Positions 18,068-27,145 of a stretch of DNA of 33,752 nucleotides are shown here, one piece after another (within the stretch, counting starts at the first letter, position 1; each line of letters begins with the position of its first letter). The position numbers were made by a program, and so were the translations under genes. The stretch comes from an uncultured Gammaproteobacteria bacterium (GTDB taxonomy: Bacteria > Patescibacteriota > Patescibacteriia > UBA2591 > UBA6264): assembly GCA_964576065.1 (NCBI GenBank), contig CAZNTW010000003.1:1-33752 (forward strand). The letters run 5' to 3'. Below the pieces are notes generated by a model that worked only from the letters and a program-made list of their open reading frames with translations, made no database searches and was not told where the DNA came from.

Positions 18068-19318
18068 CTAAATCAATGCGTTTTTGCCTGCAGTATAACC
18101 AGTGGAAAAGCATATTTGTAAATTATATCCACCAGTTGGTCCGTGAACATTCAAAATTTCTCCGGCAAAGTATAAGTTATCAATTATTTTTGATTTCATT
18201 GTTTTTGGATCTACTTGTTTTAGGTCAACCCCGCCGACAGTAATAATAGCTTTATTAAAACCATCTAAACATTTAACGTTTAATTTAAATTCCCTTAAAA
18301 GTTTGTTAATTGTTCCCCTTTCTTTTTTGGTGATTTGTCCGATTTTTTTATTTTCGTAAATTTTTGAAAGTCTGACGATTGTCGGTATTATTTTTTTTGG
18401 CAAAAGAGCGTCGAGACCATTTTTAAACATTTTGTTGGGATTAATTAAAAAATCTCTCTGTATCCTTTTGTCTAATGTTTGATAATCAAGAGCTGGTTTA
18501 AAATTTATTTTTAGTTCAACCGAACCGGTTTTTAACAATTGTCCTATTTTTCGGCTCAAATCAAGAATTATCGGTCCGCTCATGCCTTTATCGGTAAAAA
18601 GGGCTTCACCAAATTGTTCGTCTTGTTTTTTATTGTTTTGATAAATGCCGATAGATACATTTTTTAAACTTAATCCTTCTAGTTCGTTAATCCATTTTTC
18701 TTTAACTAAAATTGGAGTTAAGGCCGGTTCTAGTTTGATAATGTTGTGTCCGAGTTTTTTGGCCCAGCCATAGCCATCGCCAGTAGATCCTGTTTTCGGA
18801 TATGATAAACCGCCGGTGGCGATAACAAAATTTTTAGCAATAATGTCTCGATCGGATAAAATTATTTTCTCAATTGAATGATTTTTTTCAGAAAACCGCA
18901 TTACTTTTTCATTTTTCAATATTTTGACATTGTTCTGATTTAAAAAAGCAATCAAAGCGTTTAAAATATCTATTGATTTATCTGAACTTGGAAAAACTCG
19001 CCGACCGCGTTCAATTTTAGTCTCAATACCCAATTTATTAAAAAAAGAAATTGTTTCATTTGGGCCAAAATTATTTAAAGTCGAAAAAAGGAATTCTCCG
19101 CCTGGCCCCAATTCTTTAATAAAAGCGCGGTTGTTTTCTGCAGCATTGGTAATATTGCAACGGCCCTTGCCGGTAATTAAAAGTTTTTTTCCTAAAACCT
19201 GGTTTTGTTCCAACAAAACAACTTTAGCCCCATTTTCACCGGCTATACCGGCGGCCATTATACCGGCTGGTCCAGCGCCGATAACCGCTAAATCAAATTT
19301 TTCATTTAATTCAATCAT
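18068..19318 (-). CDS. NAD(P)/FAD-dependent oxidoreductase, HI0933/YhiN/BaiN family
   Basis: 416 aa. FDLAVIGAGPAGIMAAG dinucleotide fold, GKGRCNITN, and C-terminal LYFAGEILNVHGPTGGYNLQ signature of this family. Confidence 0.85.
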   Translation of the reverse strand: MIELNEKFDLAVIGAGPAGIMAAGIAGENGAKVVLLEQNQVLGKKLLITGKGRCNITNAAENNRAFIKELGPGGEFLFSTLNNFGPNETISFFNKLGIETKIERGRRVFPSSDKSIDILNALIAFLNQNNVKILKNEKVMRFSEKNHSIEKIILSDRDIIAKNFVIATGGLSYPKTGSTGDGYGWAKKLGHNIIKLEPALTPILVKEKWINELEGLSLKNVSIGIYQNNKKQDEQFGEALFTDKGMSGPIILDLSRKIGQLLKTGSVELKINFKPALDYQTLDKRIQRDFLINPNKMFKNGLDALLPKKIIPTIVRLSKIYENKKIGQITKKERGTINKLLREFKLNVKCLDGFNKAIITVGGVDLKQVDPKTMKSKIIDNLYFAGEILNVHGPTGGYNLQICFSTGYTAGKNALI

Positions 19319-19520
19319 ATTTTATTTATTTTGGGTATCAGATAACATATTATACCAAATTATCAAAATAAATCTATTATAACCACGCTACAAACAACGC
19401 GATATTGTTTTAATAATTTCAGCGCCAAACTTGAAATTTTTTGTAACTTGGTTCCAAAAAATAAAATATTTAGACATCGGCGTCCATAAAATTCAAAAAG
19501 ACAAGTTTTTACAGAGAAAC

Positions 19521-19558
19521 AAATAAAATAAAAGCAAATCGCTATAGAAACGATTTGC
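19521..19558 (-). terminator. intrinsic terminator (minus strand)
   Basis: On the minus strand, GCAAATCG-TTTCTATAG-CGATTTGC is followed by TTTTATTTTATTT. Confidence 0.6.
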
Positions 19559-19859
19559 TTGATAATATTTGTGGCGGTTTTGCGCAAAACTTCGCAATTC
19601 TTTTTAACAATTTTCGTCAGGGCCTCTCTGAAAATTTTAAAAAAATTACAAAGAATTACGACTTGTTGGACTCTAACCAACAACTTCCATTTTACCTATA
19701 TAAACATAAAATAAAATGGTTGTTTTATCCGCTTTTCCAACAGACCTGCTCGGTTTTTTTGTCGGATCAGCTTTTAAACTATCCAACCGCCACAAAATCT
19801 CCTTTTAAAAATCTCGAACTATATATAATATTCGAGAAAAATTCTTTGATATAAATTAT
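19535..19859 (-). ncRNA. candidate ~320-nt non-coding transcript bounded by its own promoter and terminator
   Basis: Promoter TTGACG-16-TATAAT (19893-19866) and terminator (19558-19521). No credible ORF: the AAGGAG-GTG ORF is only 4 codons. Perfect 12-bp long-range pairing TTTGTGGCGGTT (19568-19579) / AACCGCCACAAA (19785-19796). Internal hairpins at 19663-19683, 19577-19590 and 19813-19836. Confidence 0.4.
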
Positions 19860-19865
19860 AAAAAA

Positions 19866-19893
19866 ATTATATCAATTATATTATTTTCGTCAA
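19866..19893 (-). promoter_or_regulatory. sigma70-like promoter TTGACG-16 nt-TATAAT (minus strand)
   Basis: -35 is the complement of 19888-19893 and -10 is the complement of 19866-19871. It lies downstream of the A24 peptidase gene and has no ORF behind it. Confidence 0.55.
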
Positions 19894-19934
19894 TGATTTT
19901 TGCTAAAATTATTAGAATATTTAACTTATCTATT

Positions 19935-20438
19935 TTAATTTTTAAAAATTAAAATGGATATAACCAATAAAATTCCAGTGGTAAAAAATATCACGGGCAT
20001 AAACGGATAAAAATTACCCTTTCCCCATATTTTCCAAATCCGCCTGGTTAATTTATCAATTATTTCCACGAGGATTATAAAGATAATAATAAAAAACGGG
20101 GACAACAAAGAACAAGCGGCCATTTTGGCAAAAACATCGCCCCAAGCGACTTGCCGAAAATAGCGAAAATAAAAAGGTAAAACAACAAAAAGTAAACTCC
20201 ATCTTAAAATAAGATACGGTATATTTTTCTCCAAAAAATAGTGATAATAAACATCAGTGGCAAAAATTGTTAAAACAAATAAAATCCACACCTGAACAAA
20301 TTCTTTTTGAGCTGATAAATGTTTTAAGTCAGAAAGCGTTGCCACAGTAAAAGATCCCAACAAGAACCAAAGAAGATAAATTTGAATAGTGTTTATATCT
20401 ATTATCAATAATTGTTTGATTGTTTCAATCATAACCAA
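19935..20438 (-). CDS. A24-family (prepilin peptidase / TadV-FlaK-like) membrane aspartyl peptidase candidate
   Basis: 167 aa, polytopic. First Asp context ATLSDLKHL, second Asp in WGDVFAKMAA (compare GxGDvKLlAA), C-terminal YPFMPVIF (compare PFGPFL). Confidence 0.5.
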   Translation of the reverse strand: MVMIETIKQLLIIDINTIQIYLLWFLLGSFTVATLSDLKHLSAQKEFVQVWILFVLTIFATDVYYHYFLEKNIPYLILRWSLLFVVLPFYFRYFRQVAWGDVFAKMAACSLLSPFFIIIFIILVEIIDKLTRRIWKIWGKGNFYPFMPVIFFTTGILLVISILIFKN

Positions 20439-20441
20439 TCA

Positions 20442-21184
20442 TTAATTATTAAAGGTAAGCTTAAAAAATAAAATTAATAATACGCCGACGATAAAAGCAA
20501 AAAAATGAAGTAATCCCCTTTTTAAATTTTCACCGGTTTTGATTTCGGGGATTAAATCAGAGGCGGCAATATAGATGAAATTTCCAGCGGCAAAAAATAA
20601 TAAAAATGTCGTGTCAATATTTTTAGAAATAAAATAAACAAAAAGAGCGCAGGGAATAACGGTTAGGGCGGATAAAAATTAAACAGCAGGGCCTTATATT
20701 TTTTCCATCCGCCGTGAATCAATATACCAAATTCCCCCATTTCCCGAGGAACTTCATGAGCGGCGCAAATTAATCAAGTAATTATTCCAACCTTAACACT
20801 GACTAAAAAAGAACTGGCAATAATTATTCCGTCTATAAAATTATGAATTCCATCAGATATTAAAATTAAATAAGTTATAGGTTCCTTGTGTTCAGACGGA
20901 ACTAAATGACAGTGGTGCCAATGCAGAAATTGTTCCATCAGAAAGAAAACCGAAAAACCGACAATCAGCCACAAAAAAATTTTTAATTGCGGCTCTCCTT
21001 TTTCTAGAGCCTCCGGAATTAAATGTAAAAAAGCTCCGCCGATTAAAGATCCTGTAGAAAAAGCAACTAAAGGAAGAAGTAGTTTTTTCAACAAACTTTC
21101 TTTAAAAATCAAAACCGCCAATCCAGTCCAAGCGATTAAGCTAGTAACAAAAGAAAAAATAATTATCCAGACCAAGGTGTTCAT
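20442..21184 (-). pseudogene. ZIP-family metal transporter, disrupted (in-frame TGA plus a 1-nt frameshift)
   Basis: The N-terminal 136 aa are intact (His-rich HWHHCH loop, DGIHNFIDG). An in-frame TGA at 20771-20773 is followed in the same frame by [22 protein letters not shown] (ZIP signature HExPxExGDF). The frame then shifts by a 1-nt change in an A5/T5 run at about 20685, and the C-terminus FLSALT...AAGNFIYIAASDLIPE continues to the stop at 20442-20444. Confidence 0.75.
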
Positions 21185-21215
21185 AAATAAATTTGCGAGA
21201 ATAAAAAATAATCAA

Positions 21216-21797
21216 TTATTTTGTCTGTCCTGTGACGGATTCTTTAATGTGAAATTTTATTGATTTGGGCGAAATGTCAATAAGTGAAAAATAAGAAGGA
21301 TAGGAAATTTCATCTTCAGTTATTTTTATATTTTGCCACCCAAATAACAACCGCCCTCCAAATATCTGTCTAACGGCTGATTACCGGACACCACAATTAA
21401 AGCCCCTGTTCTATGTTTGGCTAATCCGTCAATTACTTCGGAAAAATCTTCTGAAGTGGTAAAATAATCGTTGATTGGTAAGTTAGGTCGCTGAAACGCC
21501 AACTTGCCCCCCAAAAAAAGGAATTAATTCAAAAAATTTTCTAATTTCTTTTTGAAACACTATTGCTACTATAACAATAAAAAAGGCGAAAAACGATTGA
21601 AAGAATTGACGGGTTAATTTAAGGTTGAATTTTCCACTCAATAAATATAACCCAAAAAATAACAAAAAACCAAATAAAATAAAACTTGACTTTGTCTGTT
21701 TTGTCAAAACCAGAATAAAATAGATTAAACTGGCAATTATTAAAATATCAAAAAAATCGCGTAATTGAAAGACACTAAAAATATTAAATATGTTCAA
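21216..21797 (-). pseudogene. cdaA: diadenylate cyclase CdaA/DisA_N family, frameshifted and truncated
   Basis: The N-terminal 3-TM region (DILIIASLIYFIL...VFQKEIRKFFE) is typical of CdaA. There is a frameshift inside the C6A7 run at about 21505-21518. The DAC domain start (HRTGALIVV) is in a second frame, with a further frame change at about 21326. No DGA or RHR catalytic motifs are found before the ZIP gene begins. Confidence 0.65.
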
Positions 21798-21844
21798 AAA
21801 AATATCTGTTATTTTAGTGGTTTTTATGAAAATAAATGAGAGTA

Positions 21845-22129
21845 TTACTCCCCTTCTTCTATTTTTTTTCTTAAAAATTGTATTTGTTCTGCGCCTAAAT
21901 TTTTACCAAAATCTTTCTTAAAAATTTTTTTAATCCCTTCTATTTCTTTTTTCAACAGATTCAACAAATTTAGGATCTCTTGCTTTTTTAAAATTTAAAT
22001 TTAAATTGCTCAAAATTATGTCTATTTCTTCTTCTGTCATCCCCCTTCCCACAATGACTTAATCCATTCGGATACATCCTTATCTGGAATTTTAGCTTTT
22101 TCTTTTTTTTCTTTTTCCTCAAAACCCAT
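21845..22129 (-). other. short overlapping or frameshifted ORFs (31 aa, 37 aa and a ~40-aa continuation); possible decayed small gene
   Basis: MGFEEKEKKEKAKIPDKDVSEWIKSLWEGG stop overlaps the next ATG as ATGA (22037-22040). MTEEEIDIILSNLNLNFKKARDPKF continues in another frame as LLKKEIEGIKKIFKKDFGKNLGAEQIQFLRKKIEEGE. Confidence 0.2.
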
Positions 22130-22340
22130 ATATTTTTATATTAAAATTTATTAAAATATAAAACCTAAGAGACGAACATATTTAATTTTACATTATTTTT
22201 AATAAAGGTAAAGAGCGAAATTAGAAAACACTGAAATATTAGAACATTAAAATGGAAAACAACATGAACCGGGAATAGAGCTTCCAAGTCTTTCTTACTA
22301 ATATTTAAAAGATTTTAATTACTATATTGCGAATCATGAA

Positions 22341-22368
22341 TTGTGTTATTCTAATAAAATGATAAAAT
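22341..22368 (+). promoter_or_regulatory. promoter TTGTGT-16-TAAAAT, 6 nt upstream of the ATG
   Basis: -35 at 22341-22346, -10 at 22363-22368, ATG at 22375. Confidence 0.4.
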
Positions 22369-22374
22369 ATAGAT

Positions 22375-23388
22375 ATGGAAAAAGCGTTTTTATATAAAAA
22401 ACTTCAAAAGAAATCGGTCCAATGCTTAACTTGTTCGCATTATTGTTTTATTTCTGAAAATAAACGAGGACTTTGCGGTGTTAAAAAAAATCAAAATGGC
22501 GAATTAATTAATCTGACTTACGGCCGAATTATTGCTCGCCATCTTGATCCAATTGAAAAAAAACCCTTATTTCACTTTTTACCAGGCACTTATTCTTTGT
22601 CAATCGCTTCGGTTGGTTGTAATTTTACTTGCTTAAATTGCCAAAATTATGATATTTCTCAAGGTTTTAAAAAAGATATGAACATGTCTTTGGTTGGAGA
22701 AGAGATGTCGCCGGAACAAATTGTTAAAAATGCAATAAATTGTCAAGCCGCCAGTATTTCTTACACCTACACCGAGCCGACGATTTTTTTTGAATACGCC
22801 CTAGAAACAATGAAAATAGCAAGAAAAAACGGATTAAAAAATATTTGGGTTAGTAATGGTTATTTTTCCCCTCAAACATTAAAAATCATTGCTCCATATT
22901 TAGATGCTATTAATATTGACTTGAAATTTTTCGACGATAAATTATATCAAAAAATCTGTGGCGCAAAGTTAAAACCGGTTTTGAAAAATTTAAAAGCTAT
23001 AAAAAAATTAAAAATCTGGTTGGAAATAACCACTTTAATTATTCCCGGCTATACTGATCAGAAAAATCAATTTAAAAAAATCGCTCAATTCATAAAAAAA
23101 GAATTGGGCGACGAGACCCCTTGGCATGTTTCCGCTTTTTATCCGTGTTATAAAATGTTGGAAATTGTTCCCACTCCCCCATCTTTAATTACTGAGGCGA
23201 TAAAAATCGGTCAAAAAATCGGCTTAAAATACGTTTATGGCGGTAATTTGGGCCTTCAAGAAGATACCTTTTGTCCTAAGTGTCAAACCAAAATAATTGA
23301 CCGCAGTGGTTATAAAATAGAGAATTATCTCAAATCCGGCGGCGTTTGTCCTAAATGCGGAAATAAAATTGTAGGAGTATTTTTGTGA
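22375..23388 (+). CDS. AmmeMemoRadiSam-system-type radical SAM enzyme (PFL-activase-like with C-terminal zinc ribbon)
   Basis: 337 aa. N-terminal CLTCSHYC cluster. LDPIEKKPLFHFLPG then SIASVGCNFTCLNCQNYDISQ (CxxxCxxC). C-terminal CPKC...CPKC ribbon. Confidence 0.8.
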   Translation: MEKAFLYKKLQKKSVQCLTCSHYCFISENKRGLCGVKKNQNGELINLTYGRIIARHLDPIEKKPLFHFLPGTYSLSIASVGCNFTCLNCQNYDISQGFKKDMNMSLVGEEMSPEQIVKNAINCQAASISYTYTEPTIFFEYALETMKIARKNGLKNIWVSNGYFSPQTLKIIAPYLDAINIDLKFFDDKLYQKICGAKLKPVLKNLKAIKKLKIWLEITTLIIPGYTDQKNQFKKIAQFIKKELGDETPWHVSAFYPCYKMLEIVPTPPSLITEAIKIGQKIGLKYVYGGNLGLQEDTFCPKCQTKIIDRSGYKIENYLKSGGVCPKCGNKIVGVFL

Positions 23389-23420
23389 AAAAATTAGTGA
23401 ATTTTGATTAAATTATTACC

Positions 23421-24454
23421 ATGGAAAACGAAAAAATCAAAAATTTTTATGATGTTGTTATTGTTGGAGGAAATATTTCCGGACTTGCTTGCGCTAAATC
23501 TTTGATTCAATCAAATTTAAAGATACTTTTAATAGAAAAAAATAAGAATGTTGGATAAAAAATATGCGCTGGCGGAGTAAGTTCTTCGGATTTAGAATAT
23601 TTACCCAATGACGTTTTAGATGTTCCTTTACAAAAAATAGTCCTTAATTATAAAAATAAAACCGTTGTTTTCCCTAAAAATGGTAACATTATCGCCCCCA
23701 TTGATAGACAAAAACTTTTAAATCAGTGGATTAAAGAATTGGCAAATAATAAAAAAATTTGTTTTTTATACAACGATTCTGTTTCTAAAATTATTTCTAA
23801 TAATTCTTTAAAAACAATTTCGGAAAAAATAATTGATTTTAAGTTTTTAGTTGGCGCCGACGGCTCTGATTCTTTGGTGAGAAAATATTTGGATATACCC
23901 TCAAAAAAAATATGCGTTGCGTTTCAATATATCATAAAACAAAAATTCAAACATTTTGCTATATATCTGGATCCTTATTTATTCGGCGGCGGATATGTTT
24001 GGATATTTCCACATCGTGATTATGCCTCCGTAGGTTGTGGTAGCGATATTAGGCTTATTAATCCCCAAAAATTAAAAAATAATTTTGATTTTTGGCTAAA
24101 AAAAATTATATAAATACAGCCAATTTTAAGTTGGAATGTCGAATAATAAATTTTGATTACCGCGGTTTTAAGTTTAAAAATTTATTCTTAGCCGGTGACA
24201 CTGCCGGACTTACTTCCGGTTTTACGGGAAAAGGAATTTATTCCGCCATTATTTCAGGACAACAAATTGCTGACGACATTTTGAAAAATAATAATAAAAA
24301 TTTAATTGAAAACTGGTTAAAAAAGAAAAATAAGCAAGAATTTTTTATGTTGTTCTTAAAAAATTCTTTATTTAAAAAATTCCTTTTTTCCATAGGAATG
24401 AAGATTGTTTCAATGCCAAAATTTCAAACAAAAGCGATAAAATTTATTACCTGA
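23421..24454 (+). pseudogene. FAD-dependent geranylgeranyl-reductase-like oxidoreductase, disrupted (in-frame TAA plus frameshift)
   Basis: YDVVIVGGNISGLACA Rossmann start. In-frame TAA at 23556-23558 immediately before KICAGGV. FLVGADGSDSLVR motif. Frame change inside the A8 run at about 24099-24106. C-terminal LFLAGDTAGL..GKGIYSAI in the shifted frame. Confidence 0.7.
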
Positions 24455-24494
24455 AATTAGTTTTCAATTTTTTGTTTAAATTACAAAAAAACTA

Positions 24495-24523
24495 TTGACG
24501 AATAGGCAATTTTTTTATATAAT
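24495..24523 (+). promoter_or_regulatory. consensus promoter TTGACG-17-TATAAT, 6 nt upstream of the clpB ATG (leaderless arrangement)
   Basis: -35 at 24495-24500, -10 at 24518-24523, ATG at 24530. No Shine-Dalgarno sequence is possible. Confidence 0.65.
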
Positions 24524-24529
24524 AAATAT

Positions 24530-27139
24530 ATGAATAACTTTACCATAAAAGCCCAAGAGGCCCTGCAAAATGCTCATAATCTAGCGTTAGATAACGATCA
24601 ACAACAGGTAGATTCCTGTCATTTATTATTATCTTTACTGCTTCAAGAAGATGGCGTAGTTTTAGCTATTTTAAAAAAAATGGAAGTTGATATTGAAAAA
24701 TTAAAAAATTTAACCATCGGACTAATTAGAAATTTGCCGCAAATAAAAATCGGACCGAACGGCGGATTGGCTGAAATTATGGTTACCCCACTAATGCAAA
24801 GAACCATTCTCTATGCCACCAAAGAGGCTGATCGTCTAAAAGACGAATATGTAAGCACTGAACATTTGTTTCTAGCGATTTTAAATATCCCTTCTTTGGT
24901 TAAAAATTTATTAAGGGATTCCAATATTGACGCTGATAAAGTTTTAAAAGTTTTAGTTGATGTTCGCGGCAACGAAAGGGTCACTGAGGCTGAGCCAGAA
25001 GGCAAATATCAGGTTTTGGAAAAATATACTGTTAATTTAACCCAATTAGCTCGCCAGGAAAAATTAGATCCAATTATCGGCCGCGACGACGAGATTAGAA
25101 GAGTAATTCAGGTCCTGTGTCGTCGAACAAAAAATAATCCGGTTTTAGTTGGTGAGGCCGGAGTAGGAAAAACAGCCATTGCTGAGGGATTAGCTCAACG
25201 CATTATTAAGGGCGATGTGCCAGAATCACTAAAAACAAAGGATTTAATTTCTCTTGATTTGGGCGGATTAATAGCCGGAACTAAATTCAGGGGCGAATTT
25301 GAAAATAGACTCAAAGCTGTTTTAAAAGAAATAAAAAGAGCCGATAACTATCTTTTATTTATTGACGAGTTACACACTTTGGTCGGAGCGGGAGGGGCTG
25401 AAGGAGCGATTGACGCTTCAAATATGCTTAAACCGGCTTTAGCGCGCGGAGAGTTGCACTGTGTTGGCGCTACGACCCTGAGAGAATACCAAAAATATAT
25501 TGAAAAAGATGCCGCCCTAGAACGAAGATTTCAAACTGTTTATGTAAGTGAACCGTCAGTTGAAGATACGGTCGCAATATTGCGCGGAATTAAAGAAAAA
25601 TACGAAGTTCATCACGGCGTTAGAATAAACGACCAAGCCTTAATAGCCGCCGCCAAATTATCACAGCGCTACATTACTGACAGATTTTTGCCCGATAAAG
25701 CTATTGATTTAATGGATGAGGCCGCTTCTTCGTTGAGAATGGAAATTGAAAGTCAGCCCGAGGAATTGGATAAAATGAAAAGAAGTTTGACAAAAATGGA
25801 AGTCGAAATGAATATTTTTGAAAAAGAAAAAAACAAAGAAAAATTAAGCAAAATTAAAAAGGAAGCAGCTGATTTAAAAGAAAAAATTGATAATTTTTCG
25901 GTGCGCTGGAAAACCGAAAAGGACATTATTACCAACATCCATCAATTAAAAGGAGAAACTGAAAAATTAAAGCAACAAGCCGAAATCGCCGAAAGAGACG
26001 CTAATTTACAAAAAGTGGCGGAAATAAAACATGGAGAAGTGCCGGATTTAGAAAAAAAAATTATTGCCGCGCAAAAAAATCTTTCCAAAATACAATCTGA
26101 TAAAAGAATTTTAAAAGAAGAAATCGGAGCCGAAGAAATAGCTCGCATTGTCGCTCTTTGGACGGGAATTCCGGCAACAAAAATGTTGGAAGAAGAAACA
26201 AAAAAATTGATTAAGATGGAAGAAGAAATACACAAACGACTGATTAATCAAGAAAAAGCCGTTACCGCCATTGCCAATGCAATCAGACGCTCGCGTGCTG
26301 GTATTGGCGAAGAAAATCGTCCCATTGGTTCATTTATTTTTCTGGGTCCAAGCGGAGTCGGTAAAACCGAGTTGGCAAAAAGTTTGGCTGAATTCCTTTT
26401 TGATACCGAAAACGCTCTTATTCAATTAGATATGTCGGAATACGTAGAGAAACACACTGTTTCTAAAATGATAGGCTCTCCTCCGGGTTATATTGGTTAT
26501 GATGAAGGAGGACAATTAACTGATTTAATAAAACGCCGCCCTTACAGTGTTATTTTGTTTGACGAAATTGAAAAAGCCAATCCTGATGTTTTTAACATTT
26601 TATTGCAGATTCTAGATCAAGGGCGACTCTCTGACGCCAAAGGACGAACGGTTAATTTTAAAAATACGGTTATAATTATGACCTCTGATCTAGGCTGTGA
26701 ATTGCTTCAAGATCAAGCTAAAAGATCAGAATTCGGTTTTGGCTCAGAAAAAGAAAAAAATACCGCTCAAGAATTTATTGAAGATAAAATACATCAGGTT
26801 TTAAAAGAAACGTTTAAACCAGAATTTTTAAATAGAATTGACGAAATTATCATTTTTGAATCCCTGACCAAAGAACAAATCAGGCAAATTGTTGAGCTTC
26901 AGCTTAAAAAATTAGTGGAAAAGTTGGAAGAAAAAAAGATTAAATTAAAAATAACCGAAAAAGCTAAGGATTTAATCGTAAAGATGGGCTTTGATCCCCT
27001 TTATGGAGCTAGACCGTTAAAAAGAGTTATTCAAAAGAATATTCTTGATCAGCTGTCTTTAAAAATAATAAGTAACGGAGTAGAAACCGATGTCAATCTT
27101 AAGGTTGACGACGAGAGAGGTAAAATAGTCATTAAATAG
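24530..27139 (+). CDS. clpB: ATP-dependent chaperone / disaggregase ClpB
   Basis: 869 aa. Clp N-domain repeats. Walker [10 protein letters not shown] and GPSGVGKTE. Long M-domain coiled coil between the NBDs. [18 protein letters not shown] sensor motif. Confidence 0.95.
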   Translation: MNNFTIKAQEALQNAHNLALDNDQQQVDSCHLLLSLLLQEDGVVLAILKKMEVDIEKLKNLTIGLIRNLPQIKIGPNGGLAEIMVTPLMQRTILYATKEADRLKDEYVSTEHLFLAILNIPSLVKNLLRDSNIDADKVLKVLVDVRGNERVTEAEPEGKYQVLEKYTVNLTQLARQEKLDPIIGRDDEIRRVIQVLCRRTKNNPVLVGEAGVGKTAIAEGLAQRIIKGDVPESLKTKDLISLDLGGLIAGTKFRGEFENRLKAVLKEIKRADNYLLFIDELHTLVGAGGAEGAIDASNMLKPALARGELHCVGATTLREYQKYIEKDAALERRFQTVYVSEPSVEDTVAILRGIKEKYEVHHGVRINDQALIAAAKLSQRYITDRFLPDKAIDLMDEAASSLRMEIESQPEELDKMKRSLTKMEVEMNIFEKEKNKEKLSKIKKEAADLKEKIDNFSVRWKTEKDIITNIHQLKGETEKLKQQAEIAERDANLQKVAEIKHGEVPDLEKKIIAAQKNLSKIQSDKRILKEEIGAEEIARIVALWTGIPATKMLEEETKKLIKMEEEIHKRLINQEKAVTAIANAIRRSRAGIGEENRPIGSFIFLGPSGVGKTELAKSLAEFLFDTENALIQLDMSEYVEKHTVSKMIGSPPGYIGYDEGGQLTDLIKRRPYSVILFDEIEKANPDVFNILLQILDQGRLSDAKGRTVNFKNTVIIMTSDLGCELLQDQAKRSEFGFGSEKEKNTAQEFIEDKIHQVLKETFKPEFLNRIDEIIIFESLTKEQIRQIVELQLKKLVEKLEEKKIKLKITEKAKDLIVKMGFDPLYGARPLKRVIQKNILDQLSLKIISNGVETDVNLKVDDERGKIVIK

Positions 27140-27145
27140 CGATTA

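Noticed and set aside
19363-19854. ORF-track entries 19363..19683 (-) and 19555..19854 (+) as protein-coding genes
   Set aside because: They overlap each other on opposite strands, use non-ATG or weak starts, have Cys/Phe/Ile-rich compositions typical of random AT-rich frames, and run through a clear terminator hairpin. The region is better explained as non-coding.
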